The notes below the pieces were generated by a model, which was not told the DNA's origin, ran no database searches, and saw only the letters and a list, made by a program, of their open reading frames with translations. From IMG/VR virus record IMGVR_UViG_3300028886_000001: DNA of 64,000 bases; one strand, written 5' to 3'. This stretch comes from a virus (lineage: Duplodnaviria; Caudoviricetes). Positions 18,684-28,654 of the stretch are shown here, piece by piece (the first letter of the stretch is position 1; each line of letters begins with the position of its first letter). The position numbers were made by a program, and so were the translations under genes.

Positions 18684-20666
18684 ATGGCTAGAAAAGGTAT
18701 GAGTTTAAAAGATATAGATATCTCTAGTAGTATTGATGATAATGATAAGATACTATTACAATCTGGTGATAAGACTTCTTCTACCTCAGTATGTAATCTT
18801 AAAGATAAAATACTAGATAGTACTATTCCTTCTGATGATATATCTAGAATAGTATCTGATTCTATTAATGGTATAAATAGAGCTTATGATAGTGGTAAAG
18901 AAACTGTAGATAGATATGGTATTAAATCAATATCAGATAATATACTTGAATATATAAACAATAACTTCATGGTATCTACATCTAGAATATGTAATAGTAA
19001 TACAATAAAACCATATGATAGTAATATAACAAGTGATCAAATAAATGAATCATCTAAACTTAAGTCTATAGTATTAGCTAATTTTTCTCCAATATCTATA
19101 GATGTAAATATATCTAAAGCTAATACAAGTATAAGTGGTTATAAGATGTTTGGTAAGTTTGATCATATAGCAAACTTGAAATATACATTCAAATTCAATA
19201 TAGAATCTAGTATGGCTAATGGTAAGACTATAAGAATAATAGATAAAACTGGTAAAGATTTATCAGTATATGGATTAGCCAAGCCTACAACAGAACCTAA
19301 AACAGTTACAATATCTGTACAAGCTATAGATGATGATATGTATATCATTTATGATGCTAAATGCACTAGATTTGATTTTGTTGGTTCTTATATAAATTAT
19401 GATGATGCTTTGACAAGTTGTACTGCTAATATTGTAGATAATAGATTTACTAATAATATAAAGTCTAATTATATTATAAATGCTCATTATAAGAACATGC
19501 TAGATCCTAATACTTTACCTAATAATAAATATTATGACTTTGATTCTAATGCATATAGAGTAATAGATCATACTATAACTGAAATGGATGGTTCTGTTCC
19601 TAAGAATGCTCAAGTTATAAGAGTAGACTTAGAACCCGATAAGTATTATACTATATCAGGATTACCACAATGGAGACAAAGTAATATATTAAGAATAGTA
19701 CAAGAAACAAAACAAACTAGATTAGCAGTATATAAAGAAATAGGTATAAACGATTCAGGATATGCTACATTTTATTCTTCTGCTAACTATGTAAATCCTG
19801 TATTATATCTAGTATTGTATGATGGTTCAGAAGGTGAAAAAGACTTATGTACATCTATACAATTAGAAGAAGGTACACAAATTACCGAATTCTATAATTA
19901 TAGAGATACAATGTGGCAGATAAATCCTAAAATACAAGTTAATGAAAAAGAAACATTAGAAGATGATACAGAAGATTATAGAACTGTAGCTAAATTAAAC
20001 TCTCTTGGTTGTATAAGAGATGAATTATTTAGTAATGGTAAACTTATAAGCAATGTATCTATTTTAGATAAAGAAGCTCTATCTAGAATAGAAGTAAAAA
20101 AGAAAGATACTAATAAATATCCTAATTGTGATGTATATGAAATCAGAGTAAATGATGCTCCATCATATGCTATGGAGAATGGTCTTATAAATATCATAAT
20201 GTATGATAATGTAAATAATAAAGTAATCCTACCTAAAGTAGTAAATGAGTATAAACCAGGTTTATATATAATAGCTAATACTATTACATGGGTAGTAGAA
20301 GAAGATACTGATATTAGTAATCTAGGTACAGACTTAATAATAGTATATAAGAAGTATATGCCAACTACTTCTATGAATATTAATGCTTTAGAACTATCTT
20401 CTGATTTAAGAAAGATAGATATAAGTTCTAATGTATTACCAATAAAGTGCAATTATTTATCTCCATATACAGAAGTTGTAGGTACATCTAGCGAATCTGC
20501 TGTAAATATACTAGATGGTATAATAGATGATACTGTAATGGGATATATAGATTATAAGAGCTTTGCTATGGTAGTTACTAATCTTCTGGAACGTATAAAT
20601 ACTCTTACAGAAAGGGTATCATACTTAGAAGATTATTCTACTTTGGTACCTGAAGACAACGTATAA
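18684..20666 (+). CDS. Tail/baseplate fibre protein with carbohydrate-binding-like module
   Basis: N-terminal anchor like 16236 gene; KNMLD...IQLEEGTQITEF module; C-terminal coiled coil. Confidence 0.65.
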   Translation: MARKGMSLKDIDISSSIDDNDKILLQSGDKTSSTSVCNLKDKILDSTIPSDDISRIVSDSINGINRAYDSGKETVDRYGIKSISDNILEYINNNFMVSTSRICNSNTIKPYDSNITSDQINESSKLKSIVLANFSPISIDVNISKANTSISGYKMFGKFDHIANLKYTFKFNIESSMANGKTIRIIDKTGKDLSVYGLAKPTTEPKTVTISVQAIDDDMYIIYDAKCTRFDFVGSYINYDDALTSCTANIVDNRFTNNIKSNYIINAHYKNMLDPNTLPNNKYYDFDSNAYRVIDHTITEMDGSVPKNAQVIRVDLEPDKYYTISGLPQWRQSNILRIVQETKQTRLAVYKEIGINDSGYATFYSSANYVNPVLYLVLYDGSEGEKDLCTSIQLEEGTQITEFYNYRDTMWQINPKIQVNEKETLEDDTEDYRTVAKLNSLGCIRDELFSNGKLISNVSILDKEALSRIEVKKKDTNKYPNCDVYEIRVNDAPSYAMENGLINIIMYDNVNNKVILPKVVNEYKPGLYIIANTITWVVEEDTDISNLGTDLIIVYKKYMPTTSMNINALELSSDLRKIDISSNVLPIKCNYLSPYTEVVGTSSESAVNILDGIIDDTVMGYIDYKSFAMVVTNLLERINTLTERVSYLEDYSTLVPEDNV

Positions 20667-20680
20667 TAATGAATATAAGT

Positions 20681-20692
20681 AACATCTAAATA
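20681..20692 (+). promoter_or_regulatory. Putative late promoter AACA-N6-TA
   Basis: AACA-TCTAAA-TA. Confidence 0.6.
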
Positions 20693-20742
20693 AAATATTA
20701 ATTATTGATATTTGTTACTGTAAATATAAGGAGGAATTAAGA

Positions 20743-21174
20743 ATGAGTATATTCGGACAAAATAATAAGCCTGATAATGTAGTTTTCGAACAAGAATTAC
20801 AAGGAGCTTCTGAATTACAAGAAGCATATATCTATGATGAATTATCAAGATTACCAGATGACAAGAGAAAAGAATTCTTAGAATCAGAACAATGCCAATC
20901 TATGCTTGAAGCTGGATTAATTGGTAGAAAGACTTTAGTAAGACTTTCTAAATCTGATGATATGGAAAGAAGAATAACTATGGCAGCTATGCAATTAGCT
21001 AAAGACCATAATGATCCATTATGGGATAAACTTGCTGTAAACAGAGTTAGAGAAAGAGACTTATTGAGCAAGATTACAACTAAATATGGAGCTAAAGCTC
21101 AAAGAGTTGCTAAAATGGGTCAAAAAGAATATCTTAAACATAATAAGATCTTAGGTGGTAATTATACTAGATAA
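20743..21174 (+). CDS. Probable virion (head) protein
   Basis: Late motif, strong SD; acidic N-terminus with VFE/LQE/FLE/MLE sites, basic C-terminus. Confidence 0.55.
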   Translation: MSIFGQNNKPDNVVFEQELQGASELQEAYIYDELSRLPDDKRKEFLESEQCQSMLEAGLIGRKTLVRLSKSDDMERRITMAAMQLAKDHNDPLWDKLAVNRVRERDLLSKITTKYGAKAQRVAKMGQKEYLKHNKILGGNYTR

Positions 21175-21246
21175 GTAATGTAAGCAATAGTTATTATACT
21201 ATTGCTTAAATGCTGTTTAACATTTTAGTGAACAAATGAAAGGAGT

Positions 21247-21606
21247 GTGATATGTATGAGAATATATCCAGAAGGCTTTAATCAAAACACTAATAAAGAA
21301 TTAAACAAAGTATCTCTTAAAGGAGATATAGGTAAAGCTGACGTAAGTTATATAAATATATATAGACCTACAACAGAAATAGAATTAACAGAAGCTATAA
21401 AAGATAAGCAAATCGTATTAGTTTCTATTAATAGTATTCTTCTTGAAGAAGGAAAAGATTACAAAGTATCTGAAGATAAAAAGAAGATAGTATCTTTAAC
21501 TCCAGATAAACCTTGGTGTCCTAATGGTGTAACTAAGACTGCTATAGTTGAAGTATATACTATTAAGGAAACAGAAAAAGCTTTAACTGTTGGTGACAAT
21601 GTATAA
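21247..21606 (+). CDS. Small beta-rich structural protein
   Basis: LLEEGKDYKV motif; late motif at 21219-21230. Confidence 0.55.
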   Translation: MICMRIYPEGFNQNTNKELNKVSLKGDIGKADVSYINIYRPTTEIELTEAIKDKQIVLVSINSILLEEGKDYKVSEDKKKIVSLTPDKPWCPNGVTKTAIVEVYTIKETEKALTVGDNV

Positions 21607-21611
21607 TTATG

Positions 21612-21646
21612 TAAGAGTATAGCAAAATGCTATACTCTTAATTTTT
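21612..21646 (+). terminator. Intrinsic terminator
   Basis: TAAGAGTATAGCA-AAA-TGCTATACTCTTA then T tract. Confidence 0.75.
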
Positions 21647-21652
21647 CCGTCA

Positions 21653-21664
21653 ATTATATATTAT
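21653..21664 (+). promoter_or_regulatory. Putative early (virion RNAP) promoter ATTATATATTAT
   Basis: One of 12 intergenic copies; heads the RNAP subunit gene. Confidence 0.75.
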
Positions 21665-21715
21665 ATATTAGAATAATACTATAGAAGAAACAAATAGTTA
21701 GTATAATATAAAGGA

Positions 21716-23839
21716 GTGATATATAAAGTGTTTTACTTAGAGAATTATGGCGATTATTCAGAGTTAATAAAGAACAAGCATATTACTATTGATATGAAAA
21801 CTATCAATAGAAATACTTGGCAGATGCATTATCAATCATTATTAAATATAATGAAAGATGGAATTGAAACTGAGTATATGAGACATCCAATCATTACATT
21901 ACATTTTGATGTAATAGATGTAGATATGGCTATACCAGATGTATGGTTTAATATGATGCTATGGTATGTATTAGTAGCAGTAGATAAAGAAATTAGACCA
22001 TGTGATATAGTATTTGAAGAAGATGGTACTACTGGTAATACTATAAAAAGATTTATGGATGATAAGTTCATAGATAATTATAGAACTATGATTGATAATG
22101 TCCAAATGAATAATATAATAGATGATTGTATGTATACATTTAGACATATAGATGATTTTAGTTTCTATATAGCAAATACTGTATCATTAGATGACTTTGT
22201 AGAATTAATGGATAAGAATCCAGAATTCTATGATCTAATGCATGCAGATTTATCTCATTTACCAATAGATCAAGTTAAGATAGAAGGTACTAAACTAGCA
22301 AATCGTTCTATTGAAATAATAAAGAACTCTGATCATTGTATGTCTAATTACTTTTTAGCAGGTGAAGGTATCAATCCAAAACAATATAAAGAATTAGCTA
22401 TACATATAGGTCCTAAACCTAATGGATTAGGAGGTGTATTCCCTACTATAATAAATCATAGTTATATAAATGGTGGGGTTAAAGATCCAATGGATTATGC
22501 TATAGAAGCTAGTACAGGAAGATTAGCACAGATTATAGTAGAAGGCAATGTTGGTACTGCAGGTGACTTTGCTAGATTATTAGGATTGAATTGTATGGAT
22601 ACTACATTACACAAAGATCCTAATTATATATGTGATACTAAACATTTCCAAGAAGTAACTATAACTGAAAGAACTTTTAAGTTATTCTTAAATAGATATT
22701 TCAGATTTAGAAAAGATGGATTGGAATATAAGATTACTAAGAAGATGAAGAAAGATCTTATAGGAAAAACTATACTTCTAAGAAGTCCAATGACTTGTGC
22801 TTCCGCTGCTAGAGGAGAAGGAATATGTTATAGATGTTATGGTGATTTAGCATATACTAATAAAGATATAAATCCAGGAAGATTATCTAGTGAAGAATTA
22901 TCATCTAGATTTACTCAAATGATGTTATCTGCTAAGCATTTATTAGAAGCATCTATAAGAAAGATTATATGGAGCAAAGACTTCTGGAAATATTTCGATG
23001 TAGAGTATAATATAATAACTTTAAAAGATGATTTTGACTATACTGGATATAGTATAAAGATCAATTTAGAAGATATTACATTAGAAAGAGATACAGAAGA
23101 AATTTCAGAAGGTCAATATAATGAATATATAACTTCATTTAAATTAATCTGTCCAGACGGAGACGAAATAGTATGTAATACAGCTAATGCAGATAATCTA
23201 TATATAGCTAATTCTATAAGCTCAGTTATGCAAGAATACGAAAAATCAACAAAAAAGCTTAAAGGAGTATATTCTGACGGAGAAGATATTATTATAAATC
23301 TAAATTTAATTCAAGAAAGAGACGGAATATTATTTGTAATGAATATCTTAAATAGTGATTTATCTTCTAATCTAAAGAGAGTTAAAGATATAATCAATAA
23401 GATAGAGATTACAAAGAATCTATCTAGACATGAATTATTAGAAAAGTTTAATGAAGGATTATTAGATAGTAAGATTAATCTTCAATCTGTTCATGCTGAA
23501 GTTATATTGATGAATCAGATGCGTAATGATGAGGATATTTTAGGAATGCCTAAATGGGAAAATCAAAATCCTCATTATCAGATCTTAACATTGATGCAAT
23601 CATTAGAGAACATACCTTATGTAACTAAGAGATTAAGTTATGCTAAAACAGCACAAGCATTAAGATCGCCTGTTACTTATAGATGCGAAAAACCATCTGC
23701 TATGGATGTATTCTATATGATAAATCCTCAGAAGTATATTAATAGTAAGATAGTTCCTGCTAAAGAACCAGAGTATGCTGAAAAAGGATTAAGAAAGATC
23801 TGGAATAAGATTGATAAAAATAAAGAAGAAGACGAATAA
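21716..23839 (+). CDS. Multisubunit RNA polymerase beta-prime C-terminal subunit (probable non-virion RNAP)
   Basis: Bridge helix VGTAGDFARLL, Zn site RSPMTC...GICYRCYG, trigger loop SRFTQMMLSAKH, VHAEVILMNQMR. Confidence 0.9.
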   Translation: MIYKVFYLENYGDYSELIKNKHITIDMKTINRNTWQMHYQSLLNIMKDGIETEYMRHPIITLHFDVIDVDMAIPDVWFNMMLWYVLVAVDKEIRPCDIVFEEDGTTGNTIKRFMDDKFIDNYRTMIDNVQMNNIIDDCMYTFRHIDDFSFYIANTVSLDDFVELMDKNPEFYDLMHADLSHLPIDQVKIEGTKLANRSIEIIKNSDHCMSNYFLAGEGINPKQYKELAIHIGPKPNGLGGVFPTIINHSYINGGVKDPMDYAIEASTGRLAQIIVEGNVGTAGDFARLLGLNCMDTTLHKDPNYICDTKHFQEVTITERTFKLFLNRYFRFRKDGLEYKITKKMKKDLIGKTILLRSPMTCASAARGEGICYRCYGDLAYTNKDINPGRLSSEELSSRFTQMMLSAKHLLEASIRKIIWSKDFWKYFDVEYNIITLKDDFDYTGYSIKINLEDITLERDTEEISEGQYNEYITSFKLICPDGDEIVCNTANADNLYIANSISSVMQEYEKSTKKLKGVYSDGEDIIINLNLIQERDGILFVMNILNSDLSSNLKRVKDIINKIEITKNLSRHELLEKFNEGLLDSKINLQSVHAEVILMNQMRNDEDILGMPKWENQNPHYQILTLMQSLENIPYVTKRLSYAKTAQALRSPVTYRCEKPSAMDVFYMINPQKYINSKIVPAKEPEYAEKGLRKIWNKIDKNKEEDE

Positions 23840-23876
23840 TCTTCTTCTTTCTTTTTTGTAATTGATAAATATTTCA

Positions 23877-23888
23877 ATTATATATTAT
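23877..23888 (+). promoter_or_regulatory. Putative early promoter
   Basis: ATTATATATTAT-N6-G. Confidence 0.75.
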
Positions 23889-23894
23889 ATATTT

Positions 23895-24100
23895 GCTGTA
23901 TAGATAATAATAAGTCTATATAGCATGCTTTAACTACTTAGAGATAAGACCAAGATATACATAAGATAATTAAATACTAATCAAAAGACATAATGAATTT
24001 ATACTAAACAGCAGATAAGATTATATTAAGTTATCTTATAATGTATATCTTGGTTTTTTCGAGTAAGAAATATATGGGGGTCATCCCCATATTATTTCTT
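23895..24100 (+). ncRNA. Candidate structured non-coding RNA
   Basis: Early promoter, no ORF or SD; 5' hairpin, long imperfect stem CCAAGATATACATAAGATAA...TTATCTTATAATGTATATCTTGG, closing hairpin TATGGGG-GTCAT-CCCCATA. Confidence 0.55.
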
Positions 24101-24116
24101 GTCAAAAATCAATATA

Positions 24117-24128
24117 ATTATATATTAT
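24117..24128 (+). promoter_or_regulatory. Putative early promoter
   Basis: ATTATATATTAT-N6-G followed by TGTCATA/TATGACA hairpin. Confidence 0.75.
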
Positions 24129-24183
24129 ATATGTGTCATAAGAGTCATATGACAAATACAAATATTATGGAGGGAATTTAACC

Positions 24184-25830
24184 ATGAATAAAGTCGTAAA
24201 AGCCTACAATAAAATTGGCAATGTAGTAAGAAGAATAAGAAAGGAGAAGATAACTCCAATGATGCTTGCTAGTGAGTATGATGGAGCATTAGAAGAGTTT
24301 AAGAATGAAGCTGTAAAAGAAGCAGGAAATGGTGCATATAGTGTATATATAAGTGATTTAATCTGTTCACTTAAGAGTGCTAGAGATATGATGAAATCTT
24401 TACAATCTAACGCAACATCTATTATATATAAAGTCGATATGCAATCTAAACGTATATTAACAATAATCCAGAAACTTAGTTTTGTTAATCCAGAAATAGC
24501 AGATGAGATGAAGTTTAATAAGAATATCAGATTTACTTGTTTTGACGTAAATGTATCTGCTTTAAATAAATGCAACCATTTATATATTGTATATAAATCT
24601 AATGCTAGCATGGATAATGAAGAAAAGAATAAAGTCTATATATCTTATTTAGTAAGAAACTGGATGGGACTAAAAGAAAATGACAATATAGATGTAACTA
24701 TAAATAATGCTTCTACAAAAGAATTTATGATAAATAGACGCTTTCTTAATAATATAAATAGTTTGAGTACTATATCTATATTCAATGAAAATTCTGAAGA
24801 AGATACAGAAAAAGAAGAACCTGGAGAATTAACAGCATTTGAAAAGTTCTTAGAGGCTTCAAAAGAAGTAGATAGTATTAAAACTGTCATAGAGAGACAT
24901 TACAGAAAAAAGATGGAACTTACTGAAGATGTTTTAAGCTCTTGGGATGCAGCAGTAAAGGCATTTAATGAATCTGTAGAGAAGTGTTTAGAAGAAATAC
25001 ATATAACAAATGAGTTCTTTAATCGTAAGGAATATCTTTTACAAGATATAGACACTATGCGTAATATACCAAATTTTAATACTATATATTCCCCTTGCAT
25101 AAGGAATAATATATTAGCTAGAAAAGTAACTTATGCATTATGTATATTATACTCTTACATCAATAATGATGAAACAATGGTAACACAGATAAGAAATTAT
25201 AAACTTTTGAATAATACTACAGATATAAATATATATGATATACATGGTGTTACTGTAGTAATAGCAGATGATCTTATAGATACTATATCAGAAGAATATA
25301 AAGATTATTTCCGTAATATAAAACCTGCATTTACTATAGAGGAATTACCATATTCAACAAAGTATATTAATGCAAATACAATGCTTAGCATATGTAGTGT
25401 CTTTAAAGATGATGATTCTAGATTATCATTAGGAGCTAATATAAATAAAATTATCACAGATGCGATTATAGAATATAATATAGAAGCACAGAAACAAAAA
25501 AGAGCAAAAGAAGAATTAAGAGGAGATATTGTGCAGACAGATGAATTCTTTGCTAATATACCAGAAGCAAATCCATTTGTACCAGTAGAAGAAACTAATG
25601 AAATTAAAATTGAACCTTTATTTGATAATCATTTAAATGAATTAAAGAAAGAAGAAAACTCTTTAGAAACTTATGTAATTTCTATAAATGGTGAAGAAAT
25701 GGAAGTCAAAACAGATGGAGAATTAGTTCTTAAAGATATAGTTGATGATATCAATTCTAATGATTATATTTGCATAGGTAATTCTATACTAGTAAGATCT
25801 AAAGATGTAGATTATATTATAAAGAAATAA
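24184..25830 (+). CDS. Hypothetical early protein
   Basis: 548 aa, GGAGGG SD, no motif recognised. Confidence 0.75.
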   Translation: MNKVVKAYNKIGNVVRRIRKEKITPMMLASEYDGALEEFKNEAVKEAGNGAYSVYISDLICSLKSARDMMKSLQSNATSIIYKVDMQSKRILTIIQKLSFVNPEIADEMKFNKNIRFTCFDVNVSALNKCNHLYIVYKSNASMDNEEKNKVYISYLVRNWMGLKENDNIDVTINNASTKEFMINRRFLNNINSLSTISIFNENSEEDTEKEEPGELTAFEKFLEASKEVDSIKTVIERHYRKKMELTEDVLSSWDAAVKAFNESVEKCLEEIHITNEFFNRKEYLLQDIDTMRNIPNFNTIYSPCIRNNILARKVTYALCILYSYINNDETMVTQIRNYKLLNNTTDINIYDIHGVTVVIADDLIDTISEEYKDYFRNIKPAFTIEELPYSTKYINANTMLSICSVFKDDDSRLSLGANINKIITDAIIEYNIEAQKQKRAKEELRGDIVQTDEFFANIPEANPFVPVEETNEIKIEPLFDNHLNELKKEENSLETYVISINGEEMEVKTDGELVLKDIVDDINSNDYICIGNSILVRSKDVDYIIKK

Positions 25831-25895
25831 AATAAAGGGTGGTAAAACACCCTTTATTTTTTCTATGTTACACTATGCCATTGTATAGTATTTTA

Positions 25896-25907
25896 ATTAT
25901 ATATTAT
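25896..25907 (+). promoter_or_regulatory. Putative early promoter
   Basis: ATTATATATTAT-TATCTT-G. Confidence 0.75.
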
Positions 25908-25976
25908 TATCTTGTCATAATACATATATGTATATATCCTGAAGTATACATAAATAAAATAATGGAGGTGATTATT

Positions 25977-26828
25977 ATGACAAATTTAAAGATAAACGAC
26001 ATCAAGGAAATGACCGAAGTGTTTACACATGGGGGTGTATTCCATGCAGACGATGTATTTTCATCTGCATTGTTATTATTAATCAATCCAGACTTAAAAG
26101 CCATCATCAGAGGATTTAAAGTCCCTGATGGCTTTTCTGGATTAGTATTTGACATCGGTGGTGGTGAGTTTGACCACCACCAACCTGATGCTGAAAGAAG
26201 ACCAGATGGCAGTAAGTATGCTGCCTTCGGTCTTCTTTGGAAGGCTTTAGGTAGTCAAATCGTCGATGAAGTTGGAGCTAAAATCATCGACGAATCGATT
26301 GTAGCTCCAATTGATCACACAGATAATGGCGAATCTGATGTGGTCAATCCGTTGGCAGTAAGCATCTCTATGATGAACTGTCAATGGGATGAACCTAATA
26401 GCAATGATAATTTCTTAGAAGCTGTGGAAATAGCTAAGAAGATTTTATCTTCTGCTATTAAGGCTCAATTGTCTAGAGCAAAGGCTAAAGAAATTGTTCT
26501 TAGTGCCTTTGCCCAATCTGATGACGGAAAAATTGTAGTACTAGATAAGTTCTGCCCATGGCAGGATGTTCTAGTAAATACTACTGCCGAAGTAGTAATC
26601 TTTCCAAGTTTAAGAGGAGGATACAACGCTCAAGTTGTGCCAGTTAAACCTGGCTCATTTACTGCCAAGGTATCCTTCCCTGAATCTTGGGCTGGACTTA
26701 CTGGTGGTGACTTGGTATCTGCTAGTGGTATAGAAGGTTTGACCTTCTGTCATGCTGGTAGGTTCTTAGTAGCTGGTGCTACTAAGGAAGCAGTTATTAA
26801 TGCTGCTAAGTTAATCATCAGTAAGTAA
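25977..26828 (+). CDS. MYG1-family (DHH-like) exonuclease
   Basis: THGGVFHADD, FDIGGGEFDHHQ, YAAFGLLWK, FCHAGRF; start moved to 25977 behind GGAGGTG. Confidence 0.9.
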   Translation: MTNLKINDIKEMTEVFTHGGVFHADDVFSSALLLLINPDLKAIIRGFKVPDGFSGLVFDIGGGEFDHHQPDAERRPDGSKYAAFGLLWKALGSQIVDEVGAKIIDESIVAPIDHTDNGESDVVNPLAVSISMMNCQWDEPNSNDNFLEAVEIAKKILSSAIKAQLSRAKAKEIVLSAFAQSDDGKIVVLDKFCPWQDVLVNTTAEVVIFPSLRGGYNAQVVPVKPGSFTAKVSFPESWAGLTGGDLVSASGIEGLTFCHAGRFLVAGATKEAVINAAKLIISK

Positions 26829-26878
26829 AATAATAAGAGGGATTCGCCACCCTCTTATTATTTTTTTGTATGTACCTT

Positions 26879-26890
26879 AACACATTAATA
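26879..26890 (+). promoter_or_regulatory. Putative late promoter AACA-N6-TA
   Basis: AACA-CATTAA-TA after terminator. Confidence 0.6.
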
Positions 26891-26895
26891 AAGGA

Positions 26896-28536
26896 GTGAT
26901 AAAGCTTATGGAAAATTATAAAATTGTGGTTAAGCATACATCAATAATTATTAATGATTACGAATGGGGAGATAATAAAAAACTAGAGAACTATTTCTCT
27001 GTATATAATCCTGTGACTCATTCATGTTTTTATAAGGGATTAGAATATGACGAAGTAAATAAACGATTAATATTACCAAGAGGATTAGATGTTTATTTTT
27101 TGGAGAACGAATTTAATACTAAAGCATATATAGATAGAAAGTATGATGAATGTGATAATGTAGATTTAATAAAGATAAAATATAAACCTAGGGATGAAGT
27201 ACAAAGAGAGTCATTAAACTTTATGTCTGGTAGTACTGCTCAATATAGAAACAATAGATATTACTCTCAATTATCTTTAAATCTTAATACAGGTAAAGGT
27301 AAGACATATTGTTCTATCGCTAATGCGGCGGCATATTCATTAAGAAGTATTATAATTACATCTACTGTCGGTTGGTTAGAACAATGGAGAGATTGTATAT
27401 TAGAATATACTGATGTAAAACCTAGAGAAATATACTTTATAGAAGGATCTCCTTCTATACATAGATTATTAAAGAGAGATATATCTCAATATAAATTTAT
27501 ATTGGTTACTCATGCTACATTAAGATCATATGGAGAAAATCAAGGGTGGGATAAGATAACAGAGTTATTCAAATATCTTAGAGTTGGTATAAAGTATTAT
27601 GATGAAGCACATAGAGATTTTGATAATATATGTAGAATAGATTTCCATACTAATACCTATAAGACATACTATATAACAGCTACTCCATTAAAGAGTGATG
27701 AAGCAGAGAACTTTATATATCAGATGTATTTAAAGAATGTACCTTCTATAAACCTATTTGATGAAAATAATGACCCTCATACTAAGTATATAGCTATACA
27801 ATATACATCAAAGCCTACTCCATTAGAAATATCTAAATGTAGAAATCAATATGGATTAGATAGAAATAGATATACTAATTATCTAGTAAGAAAAGAGAAT
27901 CCATATAAAGTATTGATGATATTATTAGAGATGCTTATTAATAAACCTGGGAAGATATTAATCTATATAGGAGTAAATGATGCTATAGAAGTAGTAAGAG
28001 AATGGATAGTGAGTACATATCCTTATTTAGAACCTCATATAGGAGTATATAATAGTCTAGTAAAAGATAATAAAGAACAACAATTAGAAAAGAAGATAAT
28101 ATTATCTACCACTAAATCATGTGGTGCGGCTGTAGATATTAAAGGATTGAAATCTACTATAGTATTTGCAGAACCATTTAAATCAGAAGTATTAGCAAGA
28201 CAAACTCTAGGTAGAACTAGAGATCCTAATACCTATTATTATGATATGGTAGATATGGGATTTAATCAGACTAAGAAATACTATTATCAGAAGTTACCTA
28301 TATTTAATAAGTATGCTACAGAATGTTCTAATATAAAACTATCTCCTAATCAATTAGATGAGCAAATAGACCTTATTAATAGAAGTAGAGAATATCCATT
28401 TAAAAGAAAGATATGGTTGAGATTACCTAAAGATGAAATTGATATAAATAATCCATACTTTGGAGATAGATATAGAAATACTCTAAAGAAACAAGTTATA
28501 TGGCATAAGTGCGATGAAAATAAAAATCTAAAATAA
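26896..28536 (+). CDS. Superfamily 2 helicase (UvsW-like)
   Basis: LNTGKGKT, YYDEAH, TATP, QTLGRTR. Confidence 0.9.
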   Translation: MIKLMENYKIVVKHTSIIINDYEWGDNKKLENYFSVYNPVTHSCFYKGLEYDEVNKRLILPRGLDVYFLENEFNTKAYIDRKYDECDNVDLIKIKYKPRDEVQRESLNFMSGSTAQYRNNRYYSQLSLNLNTGKGKTYCSIANAAAYSLRSIIITSTVGWLEQWRDCILEYTDVKPREIYFIEGSPSIHRLLKRDISQYKFILVTHATLRSYGENQGWDKITELFKYLRVGIKYYDEAHRDFDNICRIDFHTNTYKTYYITATPLKSDEAENFIYQMYLKNVPSINLFDENNDPHTKYIAIQYTSKPTPLEISKCRNQYGLDRNRYTNYLVRKENPYKVLMILLEMLINKPGKILIYIGVNDAIEVVREWIVSTYPYLEPHIGVYNSLVKDNKEQQLEKKIILSTTKSCGAAVDIKGLKSTIVFAEPFKSEVLARQTLGRTRDPNTYYYDMVDMGFNQTKKYYYQKLPIFNKYATECSNIKLSPNQLDEQIDLINRSREYPFKRKIWLRLPKDEIDINNPYFGDRYRNTLKKQVIWHKCDENKNLK

Positions 28537-28569
28537 GAGTAAGCGTAATTTGCTTACTCTTATTTTTTT
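28532..28569 (+). terminator. Intrinsic terminator (GAGTAAGC family)
   Basis: AATAAGAGTAAGC-N7-GCTTACTCTTATT plus T tract. Confidence 0.8.
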
Positions 28570-28588
28570 GCCATTATAATATATTTCA

Positions 28589-28600
28589 ATTATATATTAT
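28589..28600 (+). promoter_or_regulatory. Putative early promoter
   Basis: ATTATATATTAT-TATCTTGTCATA, same as the 25896 copy. Confidence 0.75.
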
Positions 28601-28654
28601 TATCTTGTCATAGAAAATTAATTAAGCAAATAAATTAAAAAAATATAAAAGGAG

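Noticed and set aside
24184-25830. Possible nuclear shell protein (ChmA), given early timing and RNAP neighbourhood
   Set aside because: No recognisable similarity; position alone is insufficient; needs Foldseek
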